Source: Alphaproteobacteria bacterium
GTDB taxonomy: Bacteria; Pseudomonadota; Alphaproteobacteria; SHVZ01
NCBI GenBank assembly: GCA_009694025.1
Contig: SHVZ01000004.1
Location: forward strand, 12,025 to 76,024
DNA length: 64,000 bases
Direction of reading: 5' to 3'
Shown: positions 1 to 10,291 of the stretch, piece by piece
Position numbering within the stretch: position 1 is the first letter of the stretch
How the letters are laid out: each line of letters begins with the position of its first letter
The notes under the pieces: generated by a model
Database searches by the model: none
Told to the model about the DNA's origin: nothing
What the model saw: the letters and a program-made list of their open reading frames with translations, nothing else
Made by a program: the position numbers and the translations under genes

Positions 1-30
1 GCTCAGGCTGATCGGCTCCGGTTCGAGCGG

Positions 31-600
31 GTGAGCGGAGAGGCGCTCCGGCGGTACGTCCCGGATCTGGCCCGCCTCCGCATCCAGGTGTTCCGGGACT
101 GGCCGTACCTCTACGAGGGCGACGAGGCCTATGAGCGCCGATACCTCGAGACCTACATCCGCTCGAAGCGGAGCGTGGTCGTACTCGCCCTCGACGATGG
201 CCGTGCGGTCGGCGCCTCGACGGCGCTTCCGCTCGCCGACGAGGCGGCCTACGTCACCCGGCCCTTCGCCGACCGCGGCCTCGACATCGGCCGCTTCTTC
301 TATTTCGGCGAGAGCGTGCTCGACCGCGCCTCGCGCGGCCAAGGTGCCGGCGTCCGCTTCTTCGCCGAGCGCGAATCCCATGCCCAGTCTTTCGGCGGTT
401 TCGAGACCGCGTGCTTCTGCGCGGTTGAGCGCCCCGACGACCACCCGATGAAGCCCGCGGACTACGTGCCGCTCGATGCCTTCTGGACCCGGCGCGGCTA
501 CGTGAAGGATCCCGCCTTCGTCACCCGCTTCGCCTGGCGCGACATCGGCGGGGACCAGGAGACAGAGAATCCGATGGCGTTCTGGTTCAAGCGCCTCTAG
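31..600 (+). CDS. GNAT-family N-acetyltransferase (reading frame is open to the window edge, so the true start may lie upstream of position 1)
   Basis: 189-aa ORF of balanced composition. RGQGAGVRF fits the GNAT acetyl-CoA loop (R/Q-x-x-G-x-G/A). GTG at 31 is only the first in-window start. Confidence 0.55.
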   Translation: MSGEALRRYVPDLARLRIQVFRDWPYLYEGDEAYERRYLETYIRSKRSVVVLALDDGRAVGASTALPLADEAAYVTRPFADRGLDIGRFFYFGESVLDRASRGQGAGVRFFAERESHAQSFGGFETACFCAVERPDDHPMKPADYVPLDAFWTRRGYVKDPAFVTRFAWRDIGGDQETENPMAFWFKRL

Positions 601-604
601 CCGC

Positions 605-1027
605 ATGGACCTCGCGACCCTCGCCGGTCTCTTCGTCACCTCGTTCCTGGCGGCGACGATCCTGCCGATGTCCTCGGAGGCGGTGCTGGCGGGCGTGGCG
701 CTGACCACCGCCCAGGACCGGCTCCTGTTGTGGACGGTCGCGACCGTCGCGAACACGCTCGGGTCGGTCCTCAACTGGTCGCTCGGACGCTGGGGCGCCA
801 TATACCGTGACCGGGCATGGTTCCCGGTGAAGCCCGAAACCTACGACAAGGCCGCCGCCCGTTTCCGGCGCTACGGCACCTGGTCGCTGCTCTTTTCCTG
901 GCTGCCGATCGTCGGCGATCCCCTGACCATGGTCGCCGGCGCGCTCGGTGTCAGGTTCCTGCCCTTCGTCCTGCTGGTTGCCTTCGGCAAGGGCGCACGC
1001 TACGCCGTCGTCCTCGCCCTCTTCTAG
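605..1027 (+). CDS. YqaA/DedA-type small integral membrane protein
   Basis: 140 aa with several hydrophobic helices. The SSEAVLAG and LPIVGDPLT motifs are typical of the SNARE-associated/YqaA family. Confidence 0.55.
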   Translation: MDLATLAGLFVTSFLAATILPMSSEAVLAGVALTTAQDRLLLWTVATVANTLGSVLNWSLGRWGAIYRDRAWFPVKPETYDKAAARFRRYGTWSLLFSWLPIVGDPLTMVAGALGVRFLPFVLLVAFGKGARYAVVLALF

Positions 1028-1034
1028 AGCCGCC

Positions 1035-2255
1035 ATGCCCCGCCTCAAGTCCTTCCCGATCGACTGGGTCGTCAACGCCGCCGCGACGCCGTCGGCAGCC
1101 TATGGCGCCGACCAGCGCCGGGCGCTCGACGAGGCCGGGTTCGAACGGGCCTGGAGCACCGTGACCCGGTGGCCGGGCTATCGGGCGACGCCGCTCGTCT
1201 CGCTGCCCGGCCTCGCCCGCGCCGCCGGCGTCGCCGAGCTCCGCTACAAGGACGAGGGCGGCCGCTTCGGGCTCGGCAGCTTCAAGGCGCTGGGCGGTGC
1301 CTATGCGGTCTATCGCCTGCTCGCGCGGATGATCGCGACGAAGACCGGCGGCACCGAGCCGGCGATCGACGATCTCCTCTCCGGCCGTCATCGCGATCAT
1401 GCGAAGGACGTCGTCGTCGCCAGCGCCACCGACGGCAACCACGGCCGCTCGGTCGCCTGGGGAGCGAAGCTGTTCGGCTGCCGCTGTGTCATCTTCATCC
1501 ACGCGACCGTCAGCGAGGCGCGCCGCCAGGCGATCGCCGCCTATGGCGCCGACGTCATCCGCATCAAAGGCAACTACGACGATTCCGTCCACCATTGCGC
1601 CGCCGAGTCGGCGAAGAGAGGCTGGCACGTGGTCTCCGACACCGCCTATGACGGCTATTGGCAGATCCCCTGCGACGTGATGCAGGGCTATGCGGTGATG
1701 GCCGAGGAGATCATCCGAGAGATGTCACCGCCGCCGACCCATGTGTTCCTTCAGGGCGGCGTCGGCGGCCTCGCCGCCGCGGTGGTCGCCCGCTTCTGGC
1801 AGGTCTGGGGCACGCGCCGCCCGCGTGCGGTCGTGGTCGAGCCGGTGCGCGCCGACTGCCTGTTCCAGTCGGCGAAGGCCGGAAGGCCGACCAAGTCGAC
1901 CGGCGACCTCGACACCCTGATGGCCGGCCTGGCAGCCGGCGAGGTGTCGCTCGCCGCCTGGGAGGTGCTCAAGGGCGGCGCCACCGCGTTCATGATTGTC
2001 CCCGACGAGGCGGCGGTAGAGGCGATGCGGCTCCTGGCCCAGGGCGTCGATGGCGACCCGCGCGTCGTCGGCGGCGAGGCCGGGGTCGGCGGGCTCGCCG
2101 GGCTGCTCGCGGCCACGGTCGACGGAAAGGCGCACGCCGCCTTCGGCCTCACGACCGAGAGCCGCGTTCTCACCATCGGCAGCGAAGGCGACACCGACCC
2201 CGAGCTCTATCGCAAGCTCGTCGGACGGAGCGGCGATGAGGTCAGGGCGGTGTGA
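1035..2255 (+). CDS. dpaL: Diaminopropionate ammonia-lyase (PLP-dependent, Trp-synthase-beta fold)
   Basis: ATG at 1035 inside the 948..2255 ORF. KDEGGRFGLGSFKALGGAYAV matches the PLP-lysine region remembered from YgeX/DpaL. TDGNHG motif present. The upstream 29 codons overlap yqaA and look like shadow sequence. Confidence 0.75.
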   Translation: MPRLKSFPIDWVVNAAATPSAAYGADQRRALDEAGFERAWSTVTRWPGYRATPLVSLPGLARAAGVAELRYKDEGGRFGLGSFKALGGAYAVYRLLARMIATKTGGTEPAIDDLLSGRHRDHAKDVVVASATDGNHGRSVAWGAKLFGCRCVIFIHATVSEARRQAIAAYGADVIRIKGNYDDSVHHCAAESAKRGWHVVSDTAYDGYWQIPCDVMQGYAVMAEEIIREMSPPPTHVFLQGGVGGLAAAVVARFWQVWGTRRPRAVVVEPVRADCLFQSAKAGRPTKSTGDLDTLMAGLAAGEVSLAAWEVLKGGATAFMIVPDEAAVEAMRLLAQGVDGDPRVVGGEAGVGGLAGLLAATVDGKAHAAFGLTTESRVLTIGSEGDTDPELYRKLVGRSGDEVRAV

Positions 2256-3484
2256 CCCGCGCCGATCTCCGGATCGACATCGTCCGCCTGCTGGCCCGGC
2301 TCGACCGCCTGGCCGAGGTCGGCGCGATCGAGGGTGGCGGCAATGCCCGCCTCGCCCTCTCCGATCAGGACCGCGACGGCCGCGACCTGGTGATCGGCTG
2401 GATGCGGGACCTCGGGCTCGCGGTCACCGTCGATGCCATCGGCAATGTCTTCGGCCGACGCCGGGGGCGCCACGACTCGGCCCCACTGATGACGGGATCG
2501 CACATCGACACCGTCCGCACCGGCGGGCGCTACGACGGCAACTACGGCGTTCTCGCCGGGCTCGAGGTGGTGGAGGTCCTGAACCAGGCGGCGATCGAGA
2601 CCGAGCGGCCGATCATCATCGCTTTCTTCACCAATGAGGAAGGCGCCCGCTTCCACCCGGACATGATGGGAAGCCTCGTCTATGTCGGCGGGCTCCCGCT
2701 CGACGAGGCCCTGGCCGCCAAGGGCATCGACGGAAAGACCGTCGGCGACGAGCTCCGGCGCATCGGCTACGCCGGCCCTGAGCCGGTAGGAAGGCCCGAT
2801 CTCCACCGCTTCGTCGAGCTGCACATCGAGCAGGGCCCGGTGCTCGACCGCGAGGGCGTGACCATCGGCGCCGTCGACTCCCTCCAAGGCATCTCCTGGA
2901 CCGAGTTCACCCTCAAGGGCACCCCCAACCACGCCGGCACCACGCCGATGCGCCTCAGGCACGACGCCGGCTACGTCGCGGCGTCGCTCACCACCTTCGT
3001 CCGCCGGCTCGCCAACGAGTTCGGCGGCAATCAGGTCGGCACGGTCGGCTCGATCAAACTCTTCCCCGACCTGATCAACGTGATCCCCAACAAGGCGGTG
3101 GTCGCCGTCGACCTCCGCAACACCGACGAGGCGAAGCTCAAGGAAGCCGAAGGGCGCGTCGCCGCCTTCATCGGGGAGACGGCCAAGGCCGAGGGCTGCA
3201 CCGTCGAGTGGCGCCGCCTCGCCCGCTTCGAGCCGGTGATCTTCGATGCCGGGATGGTGGCGACGATCGAGCGGACGGCAAAGGATCTGGGGTTCTCGGT
3301 CCGGCGCATGACCTCCGGCGCCGGCCACGACGCTCAGATGATGCAGCGGGTAGCGCCGACCGCGATGATCTTCGTCCCTTCGGTCGGCGGCATCAGCCAC
3401 AACGTCCGCGAGTTCACCAAGCCCGAGGACCTGGAAGCCGGCGCCAACGTGCTACTCCAGGTGATGCTGGAGTTGGCCGGCTAA
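2252..3484 (+). CDS. M20-family Zn amidohydrolase (allantoate amidohydrolase / N-carbamoyl-L-amino-acid hydrolase type)
   Basis: 410 aa. TGSHIDTVRTGGRYDGNYGV and FFTNEEGARF are hallmark metal-ligand segments. GTGA start/stop overlap with dpaL. Confidence 0.8.
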   Translation: MTRADLRIDIVRLLARLDRLAEVGAIEGGGNARLALSDQDRDGRDLVIGWMRDLGLAVTVDAIGNVFGRRRGRHDSAPLMTGSHIDTVRTGGRYDGNYGVLAGLEVVEVLNQAAIETERPIIIAFFTNEEGARFHPDMMGSLVYVGGLPLDEALAAKGIDGKTVGDELRRIGYAGPEPVGRPDLHRFVELHIEQGPVLDREGVTIGAVDSLQGISWTEFTLKGTPNHAGTTPMRLRHDAGYVAASLTTFVRRLANEFGGNQVGTVGSIKLFPDLINVIPNKAVVAVDLRNTDEAKLKEAEGRVAAFIGETAKAEGCTVEWRRLARFEPVIFDAGMVATIERTAKDLGFSVRRMTSGAGHDAQMMQRVAPTAMIFVPSVGGISHNVREFTKPEDLEAGANVLLQVMLELAG

Positions 3485-4296
3485 CCCGGTGCCTCGAGGA
3501 AGGCGGCGATGCGGTCGGCGAGGCCGAACCCCGGCAGATCGTTGTGCCCGGCGCGCGGAATGAAAATGCCGGACTTGGGCGAGCCGGCGGCCTCGAGTAA
3601 ACGCCGGCCGTGGGACGCCGGCACGACCGAGTCCGATTCGCCATGCACGATCAGGAGCGGCGCGCCGAGGACGCCGATCCGCTCCAGATTGTCGAAGCGG
3701 TCGAGCACCAGCCACCTGACCGGCACGAACGGATAGAGTTCGGCCGCACGGTCGGCGACCGAGGTGAACGGCGCCTGCAGGATCACCGCCCGGAACGGGC
3801 GCCCGTCCGCGGCCGCCTCGGCTGCGAGTCGGGTGGCGATGCCGCCACCGAGACTCTCGCCCCAGAGGGCCACCTGCCGGCGGGCGATGGCCTGTGATTC
3901 GAGCGCCGCCACAGTCGCCCGTCCATCCCGGTAGAGACCCTCCTCGGTCGGCGTTCCGGCGCCGCCGCCATAGCCCCGGTAGGGGGCGAGGACCAGGCCA
4001 AACCCTTGCGCCGCCAGGGGTGCGCCGAGCGAGAGGCGATCTCCGAGATGGCCCGCGTTGCCTTGAAAGAGGACCAAAGTGGGCCGACCCGCGGCCGCCG
4101 GGCGATGCCATGCGGTGAGGTCGAGCCCGTCCTCGGTCCGCACGGGCAAGGGCCGCAAGCCCGACGCGAGGAGCCCGCCCGCATCGGGTGGGGTCGTGTC
4201 GGGGTGATAGAGCAGCGTCCGCTGGCCGACGAACATCAGGCCCACGATCAGGAGCCATCCCGCGACGATCCAGCCGGCGATGGTCACAAGGGTCAT
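3481..4296 (-). CDS. Alpha/beta-fold hydrolase with N-terminal membrane anchor
   Basis: 271 aa. N-terminal TM helix, GESLGG nucleophile elbow (G-x-S-x-G) and a C-terminal GHND His region. Confidence 0.7.
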   Translation of the reverse strand: MTLVTIAGWIVAGWLLIVGLMFVGQRTLLYHPDTTPPDAGGLLASGLRPLPVRTEDGLDLTAWHRPAAAGRPTLVLFQGNAGHLGDRLSLGAPLAAQGFGLVLAPYRGYGGGAGTPTEEGLYRDGRATVAALESQAIARRQVALWGESLGGGIATRLAAEAAADGRPFRAVILQAPFTSVADRAAELYPFVPVRWLVLDRFDNLERIGVLGAPLLIVHGESDSVVPASHGRRLLEAAGSPKSGIFIPRAGHNDLPGFGLADRIAAFLEAPG

Positions 4297-4344
4297 GCCG
4301 GTCCGAGCCTACCGGCCGCCGCGGGTTTCGCCTATATAAGGCCC

Positions 4345-5907
4345 ATGCTGACGCCAACCGCTCCCCGCCGGCCGAAGCCGGTGGTGCTCTGCATCCTCGA
4401 CGGCTGGGGCCACCGGGCCGAGCCGGCCGACGACAACGCCATCCTCAAGGCCAGGACGCCCAATCTCGACCGGCTGGCGAAGGCGTCGCCGGTCTCCTAC
4501 CTCGACGCCTCCGAGCTGCATGTCGGCCTGCCCAAGGGCCAAATGGGCAATTCCGAGGTCGGCCACATGAATCTTGGGGCCGGCCGCGTCGTCATGCAGG
4601 ACCTGCCGCGGATCGACCAGGCGATCGAGGACGGCGCGCTCGCGACGATGCCACCGCTTCTCCGCTTCATCGACCGGCTGAAGGCGTCGAGAGGCACCTG
4701 CCACCTGATGGGGCTCCTCTCGCCGGGCGGCGTCCATTCGCACCAAAACCACATGGCGGCGCTGGCAAAGGCGGTCGCCGCCGCCGGCGTGCCGGTGGCC
4801 GTCCATGCCTTCCTTGACGGCCGCGATACGCCGCCGAAGAGCGCCGACGCCTTCCTCCTCCGGTTCCTCGCCGACTCGGGCGCCCGCATCGCCACCGTTG
4901 CCGGGCGCTACTTCGCCATGGACCGCGACAAGCGCTGGGACCGGGTCGAGGCCGCCTGGAAGACGATCGTGCTCGCCGAAGGGGACCGCGTCCAGGAGGC
5001 ACGATCCGCCGTCACCGCCGCCTACGCCGCCGGCAAGAGCGACGAATTCGTGCCGCCGACGGTGGTTGCCGGATACGCCGGCATGGCCGACGGCGACGGC
5101 ATCTTGATGGCGAATTTCCGCGCCGACCGGGCACGCGAGATCCTAGCCGCGCTCCTCGATCCGGACTTTGCGGGTTTCCCTAGGCCGCGCCGACCGAAAC
5201 TCGCGGCCGCCCTCGGCCTGACCGAGTACTCGACCGACCTCAACCGCTTCCTCGATACCCTGTTCGCCCCGATCGCGCTCACCCATACGCTCGGCGAGAT
5301 CGTCGCCGATGCCGGGCTGAAACAGTTGCGGATCGCCGAGACCGAGAAGTACGCCCACGTCACCTTCTTCTTCAACGGCGGCGAGGAGCGCGAATTCGCC
5401 GGCGAGACCCGTATCCTCGTGCCATCGCCCGAGGTCGCCACATACGACCTCAAGCCGGAGATGTCGGCGCCGGAGGTGACGGAGAAGCTGGTCGAGGCGA
5501 TCCGCTCCGGCGCTTTCGACCTGATCGTCGCCAACTACGCCAACACCGACATGGTCGGCCACACCGGCGACATCTCAGCGGCGATCAAGGCGGTCGAGGC
5601 GGTGGACATCTGCCTCGGGCGGGTCGCCGGAACTCTCGAGGCCGCGGGTGGCGTCATGCTGGTGACCGCCGACCACGGCAATGCCGAGCAGATGCGCGAC
5701 CACGGGACCGGCCAGGCCCACACCGCCCACACGCTCAACCTGGTGCCGGCGATGCTGATCGGCGTCGACCGCGGCACCAGGCTCGCCGGCGGCAAGCTCG
5801 CCGACGTCGCCCCGACGCTACTCGAGGTGATGGGCCTGCCCAAGCCGGTGGCGATGACCGGCCGATCGCTCCTCCGTCGACCGGCCGAGCACCGTGCGGC
5901 GGATTGA
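4345..5907 (+). CDS. gpmI: 2,3-bisphosphoglycerate-independent phosphoglycerate mutase
   Basis: ATG at 4345 in frame with the 4006..5907 ORF. VVLCILDGWG, GNSEVGHMNLGAGR and DMVGHTG are iPGM signatures. The upstream 113 codons are antisense shadow of the hydrolase gene. Confidence 0.9.
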   Translation: MLTPTAPRRPKPVVLCILDGWGHRAEPADDNAILKARTPNLDRLAKASPVSYLDASELHVGLPKGQMGNSEVGHMNLGAGRVVMQDLPRIDQAIEDGALATMPPLLRFIDRLKASRGTCHLMGLLSPGGVHSHQNHMAALAKAVAAAGVPVAVHAFLDGRDTPPKSADAFLLRFLADSGARIATVAGRYFAMDRDKRWDRVEAAWKTIVLAEGDRVQEARSAVTAAYAAGKSDEFVPPTVVAGYAGMADGDGILMANFRADRAREILAALLDPDFAGFPRPRRPKLAAALGLTEYSTDLNRFLDTLFAPIALTHTLGEIVADAGLKQLRIAETEKYAHVTFFFNGGEEREFAGETRILVPSPEVATYDLKPEMSAPEVTEKLVEAIRSGAFDLIVANYANTDMVGHTGDISAAIKAVEAVDICLGRVAGTLEAAGGVMLVTADHGNAEQMRDHGTGQAHTAHTLNLVPAMLIGVDRGTRLAGGKLADVAPTLLEVMGLPKPVAMTGRSLLRRPAEHRAAD

Positions 5908-7189
5908 TCTCCACGTCGCCGTCGCGCTCGTCGCCGCGACGATGGCCACGATCCTTTCCGGCGGGCTCCGGGCCGAGGACCAGGCTCCCAGGCGTCTGGA
6001 CGAGGTCGAGCGCGCCACCGCCGCCGACCGCGAACGCCTGATCGAGGCGACGCGCAGGGCCAACGCCCTCGCCCGCGAGGTCGCCGAGATCCGGGCCGAG
6101 CAGATTCAGGCGGCACGCGCCGCTCAGGCCCATGGAACCGAGGTGCAGCGCCTGGAGGACCGGCTGGCGGGACTTTCCGACCAGGAGAAAACACTGACCC
6201 GGGCCCTCGAACGCCGGCGCCAGGAGCTTACCGACGTCGCGGCGGCGCTGCTGAGGCGCGCCCGCGTCCCGCCGGAAGCGCTGCTGGCGCTCCCGCTCAG
6301 CCCGCGCGAGACGGTCCAGGGCGCGATCCTCCTCAATGCCGCCCGTCCGGAGATCGAACGCCGGGCCGAATCGCTGGCGACCGATCTCTCCCGGCTCGCC
6401 GACACCCGTGCCCGCATGTACGAGGAGCGCCGGCACCGGGAGGCGGCGCTGGCCGCCCTCAGCACCGAGGAAATCCGCCTCGACGGCCTCCTCAGACGCA
6501 AAGCCGCCCTTCAGCAGCGCGCCGAGGGCGAGGCCGAGCGACTCGCCCGGCGGATGCAGGAGCTGACCGCATCGGCGAAGGATCTCAAAGATTTGATCGA
6601 CCGGCTTGAGGCCGATCGGCGGGCGCGGGAAGACGCGCAGGTGCGCCTCCTTTCGTCCCTGCGGCCGCCGCCGAAGCCGGCGCCGACGGCGGCAATCGAG
6701 GCACCCCCGGCCCCGGCGCCATCGGTCGCGACGCCGCCTCTGGCTCTGGCGCTGCCGCCGCCGGCCGAGCTGGCGAGGCCCTTTGGCGAGGCGCGCGGCC
6801 TTGTCGCCCTGCCGGTCGCGGGCCGCCTGATGCTCCGATTCGGCGAGCCCGACGAGCAGAGCCAGCCGGCCAAGGGGCTGGTCTACGAATCGCGCGCGGG
6901 CGCGGCGGTGGTGGCCCCTTACGACGGGCGCATCCTCTTTGCCGGGCTCTTTCGCGGTTATGGACTTATATTGATCATCGAACATGGTGAGGGATATCAT
7001 TCCCTACTGTCCGGTCTGGGGCGGATTGACGGCGGCGTCGGGCAATGGGTTCTGGCCGGTGAACCGGTCGGCGCCATGGGCGCGGCGCCGGAGGGCAATC
7101 CCAGGCTGTACCTGGAACTGCGCCGACAGGGTCATCCGATCAACCCTCAACCCTGGTTGGCCGCCGGCACTAGCAAGGTGAGCGGATGA
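5894..7189 (+). CDS. EnvC-like murein hydrolase activator (coiled coil plus M23/LytM domain)
   Basis: 431 aa with a signal/anchor, long Ala/Arg/Glu coiled coil, Pro-rich linker and C-terminal LytM-like segment (GLILIIEHGEGYHSLL...LYLELRRQGHPINP). Conserved position between gpmI and ctpA. Confidence 0.8.
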   Translation: MRRIDLHVAVALVAATMATILSGGLRAEDQAPRRLDEVERATAADRERLIEATRRANALAREVAEIRAEQIQAARAAQAHGTEVQRLEDRLAGLSDQEKTLTRALERRRQELTDVAAALLRRARVPPEALLALPLSPRETVQGAILLNAARPEIERRAESLATDLSRLADTRARMYEERRHREAALAALSTEEIRLDGLLRRKAALQQRAEGEAERLARRMQELTASAKDLKDLIDRLEADRRAREDAQVRLLSSLRPPPKPAPTAAIEAPPAPAPSVATPPLALALPPPAELARPFGEARGLVALPVAGRLMLRFGEPDEQSQPAKGLVYESRAGAAVVAPYDGRILFAGLFRGYGLILIIEHGEGYHSLLSGLGRIDGGVGQWVLAGEPVGAMGAAPEGNPRLYLELRRQGHPINPQPWLAAGTSKVSG

Positions 7190-8535
7190 AGCGTTTTCTC
7201 GGCGTCGCGGCGATCGCCTTTGGCACGACCGCGTTCGCGTTCCTGTCCTCCCCGATCGTCGCCCAGCAAAGCGGCGGCGCCAACACGAGCGAAACCTATC
7301 GTCAGCTCAACCTGTTCGGCGAGATATTCGAGCGCGTGCGCGCCGACTTCGTCGAGAAGCAGACCGACGAGGAGCTGATCGAGGCGGCGATCAACGGCAT
7401 GCTGACCTCGCTCGATCCGCACTCGGGCTACATGAACTCCAAGACCTTCCGCGACATGCAGGTGCAGACCCGCGGCGAGTTCGGCGGGCTCGGCATCGAG
7501 GTGACGATGGAGCAGGGCTTCGTCAAGGTGGTGTCGCCCATCGACGACACCCCGGCGGCGCGTGCCGGGCTCAAGCCCGGCGACTTCATCACGCATCTCG
7601 ACGGCGAGCAGATCCAGGGCCTCACCCTCAACGAAGCGGTCGAGAAGATGCGCGGACCCGTGGGCTCGGCGATCAAGCTCACCATCCGGCGCGAAGGCCG
7701 CGAGGCCTTCGACGTCTCGATCAAGCGCGACGTCGTCCGCATCCAGTCGGTGCGCTCGCGCGTCGAGGCCGGCAACTTCGGCTACATCCGCATCACCACC
7801 TTCAACGAGCAGACCGATGCCGGCCTGAAGCGCGCGGTCGATACCATCAAGAAGGACGTCGGAGCGAAGCTCCAGGGCTATGTGCTCGACCTCCGCAACA
7901 ACCCGGGCGGCCTTCTCGACCAGGCGGTCGCCGTCTCAGACGCGTTCCTCGACAAGGGTGAGATCGTCTCCACGCGCGGCCGGCGTACCGACGACGCCAC
8001 CCGCTACAACGCCAAGGCCGGCGATCTCGCCGAAGGCTTGCCGATCATTGTCCTGATCAACGCCGGTTCGGCTTCGGCCTCCGAGATCGTCGCCGGCGCG
8101 CTGCAGGACCATCGCCGCGCCGTCGTCCTCGGCACCAAGTCGTTCGGCAAGGGCTCGGTGCAGACCATCATCCCGCTGCCCGGGAACGGCGCCATCCGGC
8201 TCACCACGGCACGCTACTACACCCCGTCGGGCCGCTCGATCCAGGCCAAGGGCATCGAGCCGGACATCGACGTACCCGCCCAACGCTTCGAGACCGTGGA
8301 CGAGGCGCGGAAGCGGCGCGAGGGCGACCTCCGGGGCGCCTTCAGCAACACCGGCCAGGGCCGCGTCGACACTACGCCGCGTCCGAGCACGGACTCGCCG
8401 GCGCCCGCGGCGCCGCCCGCCAGTAGCCCGACAGCCGAAGCGGCGCCTCAGGTGTCGGGCGAGGACTACCAGCTCGCCCGGGCCGTCGATCTCCTCCGCG
8501 GCATCGCCCTCTATCAGCAGCGCATGGTGAATTGA
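7186..8535 (+). CDS. ctpA: Carboxy-terminal processing protease (S41)
   Basis: 449 aa with signal peptide, a PDZ segment (GIEV...PAARAGLKPGD) and S41 catalytic motifs (GSASASEIVAGALQD, SFGKGSVQ). ATGA overlap with the upstream gene. Confidence 0.9.
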   Translation: MKRFLGVAAIAFGTTAFAFLSSPIVAQQSGGANTSETYRQLNLFGEIFERVRADFVEKQTDEELIEAAINGMLTSLDPHSGYMNSKTFRDMQVQTRGEFGGLGIEVTMEQGFVKVVSPIDDTPAARAGLKPGDFITHLDGEQIQGLTLNEAVEKMRGPVGSAIKLTIRREGREAFDVSIKRDVVRIQSVRSRVEAGNFGYIRITTFNEQTDAGLKRAVDTIKKDVGAKLQGYVLDLRNNPGGLLDQAVAVSDAFLDKGEIVSTRGRRTDDATRYNAKAGDLAEGLPIIVLINAGSASASEIVAGALQDHRRAVVLGTKSFGKGSVQTIIPLPGNGAIRLTTARYYTPSGRSIQAKGIEPDIDVPAQRFETVDEARKRREGDLRGAFSNTGQGRVDTTPRPSTDSPAPAAPPASSPTAEAAPQVSGEDYQLARAVDLLRGIALYQQRMVN

Positions 8536-9815
8536 ACCTCCTCGCCAAGCTCTTTCGAAGAGATAAGGCACCGCCGCCAGACGCGGCGGAGAGCGAAGAG
8601 GGCGTGGGGACGCCGGAGGCTCCCGAGACGAGGGGCAGGCGTTTTCGCCTGCCCTTGCCGGCGATCCCGAGGCCGAGCGGACCGACGGTCGGCGCCCTCG
8701 TGGTGATCGCCGGCCTGACCGGCCTCGGCGCCTGGCTGGCGCTCCAGGGCGACGAGACGGTGAGTCGTCGCGTCGTCCAGACGCCGCGGGTATTGGTGTC
8801 CCTCGACGGTCGCCCGATGGTGAACGAGGAACCGCCGGCGGAGCCCACGGAGACGAAGGCACCGGCTGCGGCCGCGGCCCCGAAGGAGCCGGCACGTGGC
8901 GCCGGACCGCAGGTGAGCCTGCCGTCGCTCGCCGCCGTCCCGCCCCAGGCCGGAGCCGCGCCGCCACCGCCGGCCGCGACGGCGAAGCCGGTCAAGTTCG
9001 GGCCTCCGGTGCAGCTGAAGAAGGCGCCCGAGCCAGGCATGGTCGAACGGGGCCCGAAGGGGCCGCTTCCGATCATCGCCGAGGATGGGCGGCAGGCATG
9101 GCGGGTCTATGCACGACCCTTCGACGAGGGCGACAAGCGTCCGCGCATCGCCGTCATCGTGACCGATCTCGGGCTTTCGGCCGCGGCGACGGCGGCGGCG
9201 ATCCAGCAGCTTCCGGGGGCGGTGACGCTGGCCTTCGCCCCCTATGGCCCACGCGTGGCGGAGCTGGTCGAGGAGGCGCGGGCCGCCGGCCACGAGACCC
9301 TGATGGCGGCGCCGAGCGAACCGCCCGATTTCCCCCGCAACGACCCCGGCCCGCACACGCTGCTCGCCGCCCTGAGCCCGGCCGAGAACCTGGATCGCCT
9401 CGAATACGTGCTGAGCCGCGCGCCGGGCTATGTCGGGGTGGTCACCAGCACCGCCGGGCGATTCTTCGGCAACGAGGAGGCGCTTCAGCCGGTCCTGACG
9501 CTGCTCCGTCGCCGCGGCCTTCTCTACCTCGACGGCCGCGGCGCGCCGAAGTCGACAGTCCAGCAGATGGCCGGCGCGGTCGGCCTGCCGCGCGCCTACG
9601 GCAACCGCTTCCTCGATCTCGAAGCCTCGCGCGGCGCGATCGACACCCGGCTTGCCGAGCTCGAGAAGATCGCCCGCGACTCGGGCGTCGCCGTCGGCAT
9701 CGGCCGGCCCTACCCCGTGACCATCGAGCGCATCGCCCTATGGGTGGACTCGCTGGAGTCGAAGGGTCTCGCGTTGGCGCCGATCACCGCCGTGGTCGAC
9801 CGCCAGCCGCCATGA
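8532..9815 (+). CDS. Divergent polysaccharide deacetylase family protein (YibQ-like) with Pro/Ala-rich N-terminal region
   Basis: 427 aa. TM helix then a low-complexity linker. The C-terminal roughly 250 aa ([10 protein letters not shown]...TLAFAPYG...YLDGRG) resemble the YibQ family. Conserved synteny after ctpA. The TTG start is uncertain. Confidence 0.65.
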   Translation: MNLLAKLFRRDKAPPPDAAESEEGVGTPEAPETRGRRFRLPLPAIPRPSGPTVGALVVIAGLTGLGAWLALQGDETVSRRVVQTPRVLVSLDGRPMVNEEPPAEPTETKAPAAAAAPKEPARGAGPQVSLPSLAAVPPQAGAAPPPPAATAKPVKFGPPVQLKKAPEPGMVERGPKGPLPIIAEDGRQAWRVYARPFDEGDKRPRIAVIVTDLGLSAAATAAAIQQLPGAVTLAFAPYGPRVAELVEEARAAGHETLMAAPSEPPDFPRNDPGPHTLLAALSPAENLDRLEYVLSRAPGYVGVVTSTAGRFFGNEEALQPVLTLLRRRGLLYLDGRGAPKSTVQQMAGAVGLPRAYGNRFLDLEASRGAIDTRLAELEKIARDSGVAVGIGRPYPVTIERIALWVDSLESKGLALAPITAVVDRQPP

Positions 9816-10291
9816 GCGGTCCGAAGCCGGGCTATCGGCCTTGCGTCGGCGTCATGCTGCTCGACCGCGACGACCGGGTCTTCGTCGGCGAACGCATAGG
9901 CACGCCCGGCGCCTGGCAGATGCCGCAAGGCGGCATCGACGAAGGCGAGACGCCGCTCCAGGCGGCCAAGCGCGAGCTGAGAGAGGAGATCGGCACCGAC
10001 CAGGCCGAGCTCCTGGCCGAGAGCGCCGGGTGGTTCTCCTACGACCTGCCGAAGGATCTCCGCGAAAGGCTCTGGCACGGCCGCTTCCGCGGCCAGACCC
10101 AGAAATGGTTCGCGTTCCGCTTCCTCGGGTCCGACGGCGACATCGACCTCGAGGCCCATCACCCGGAATTCGAGCGCTGGCGCTGGGTGGCGATGCGTGA
10201 GCTTCCGCTCCACATCGTTCCATTCAAGCGCGACGTCTACGAGCGCGTGGTGGCCGAGTTCGCGCCGCTGCTCACGCCTTCGACCACCTGA
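9812..10291 (+). CDS. rppH: RNA pyrophosphohydrolase (Nudix)
   Basis: ATG at 9812 (ATGA overlap). Nudix box [29 protein letters not shown] and QKWF motifs are typical of RppH. Confidence 0.9.
   Translation: MSGPKPGYRPCVGVMLLDRDDRVFVGERIGTPGAWQMPQGGIDEGETPLQAAKRELREEIGTDQAELLAESAGWFSYDLPKDLRERLWHGRFRGQTQKWFAFRFLGSDGDIDLEAHHPEFERWRWVAMRELPLHIVPFKRDVYERVVAEFAPLLTPSTT

Noticed and set aside
2207-8967. Minus-strand ORFs 2207..3400, 5735..7000, 7936..8967 and 8514..9356.
   Set aside because: They are antisense to the M20 amidohydrolase, gpmI/envC, ctpA and yibQ genes. Their composition is typical of shadow frames.
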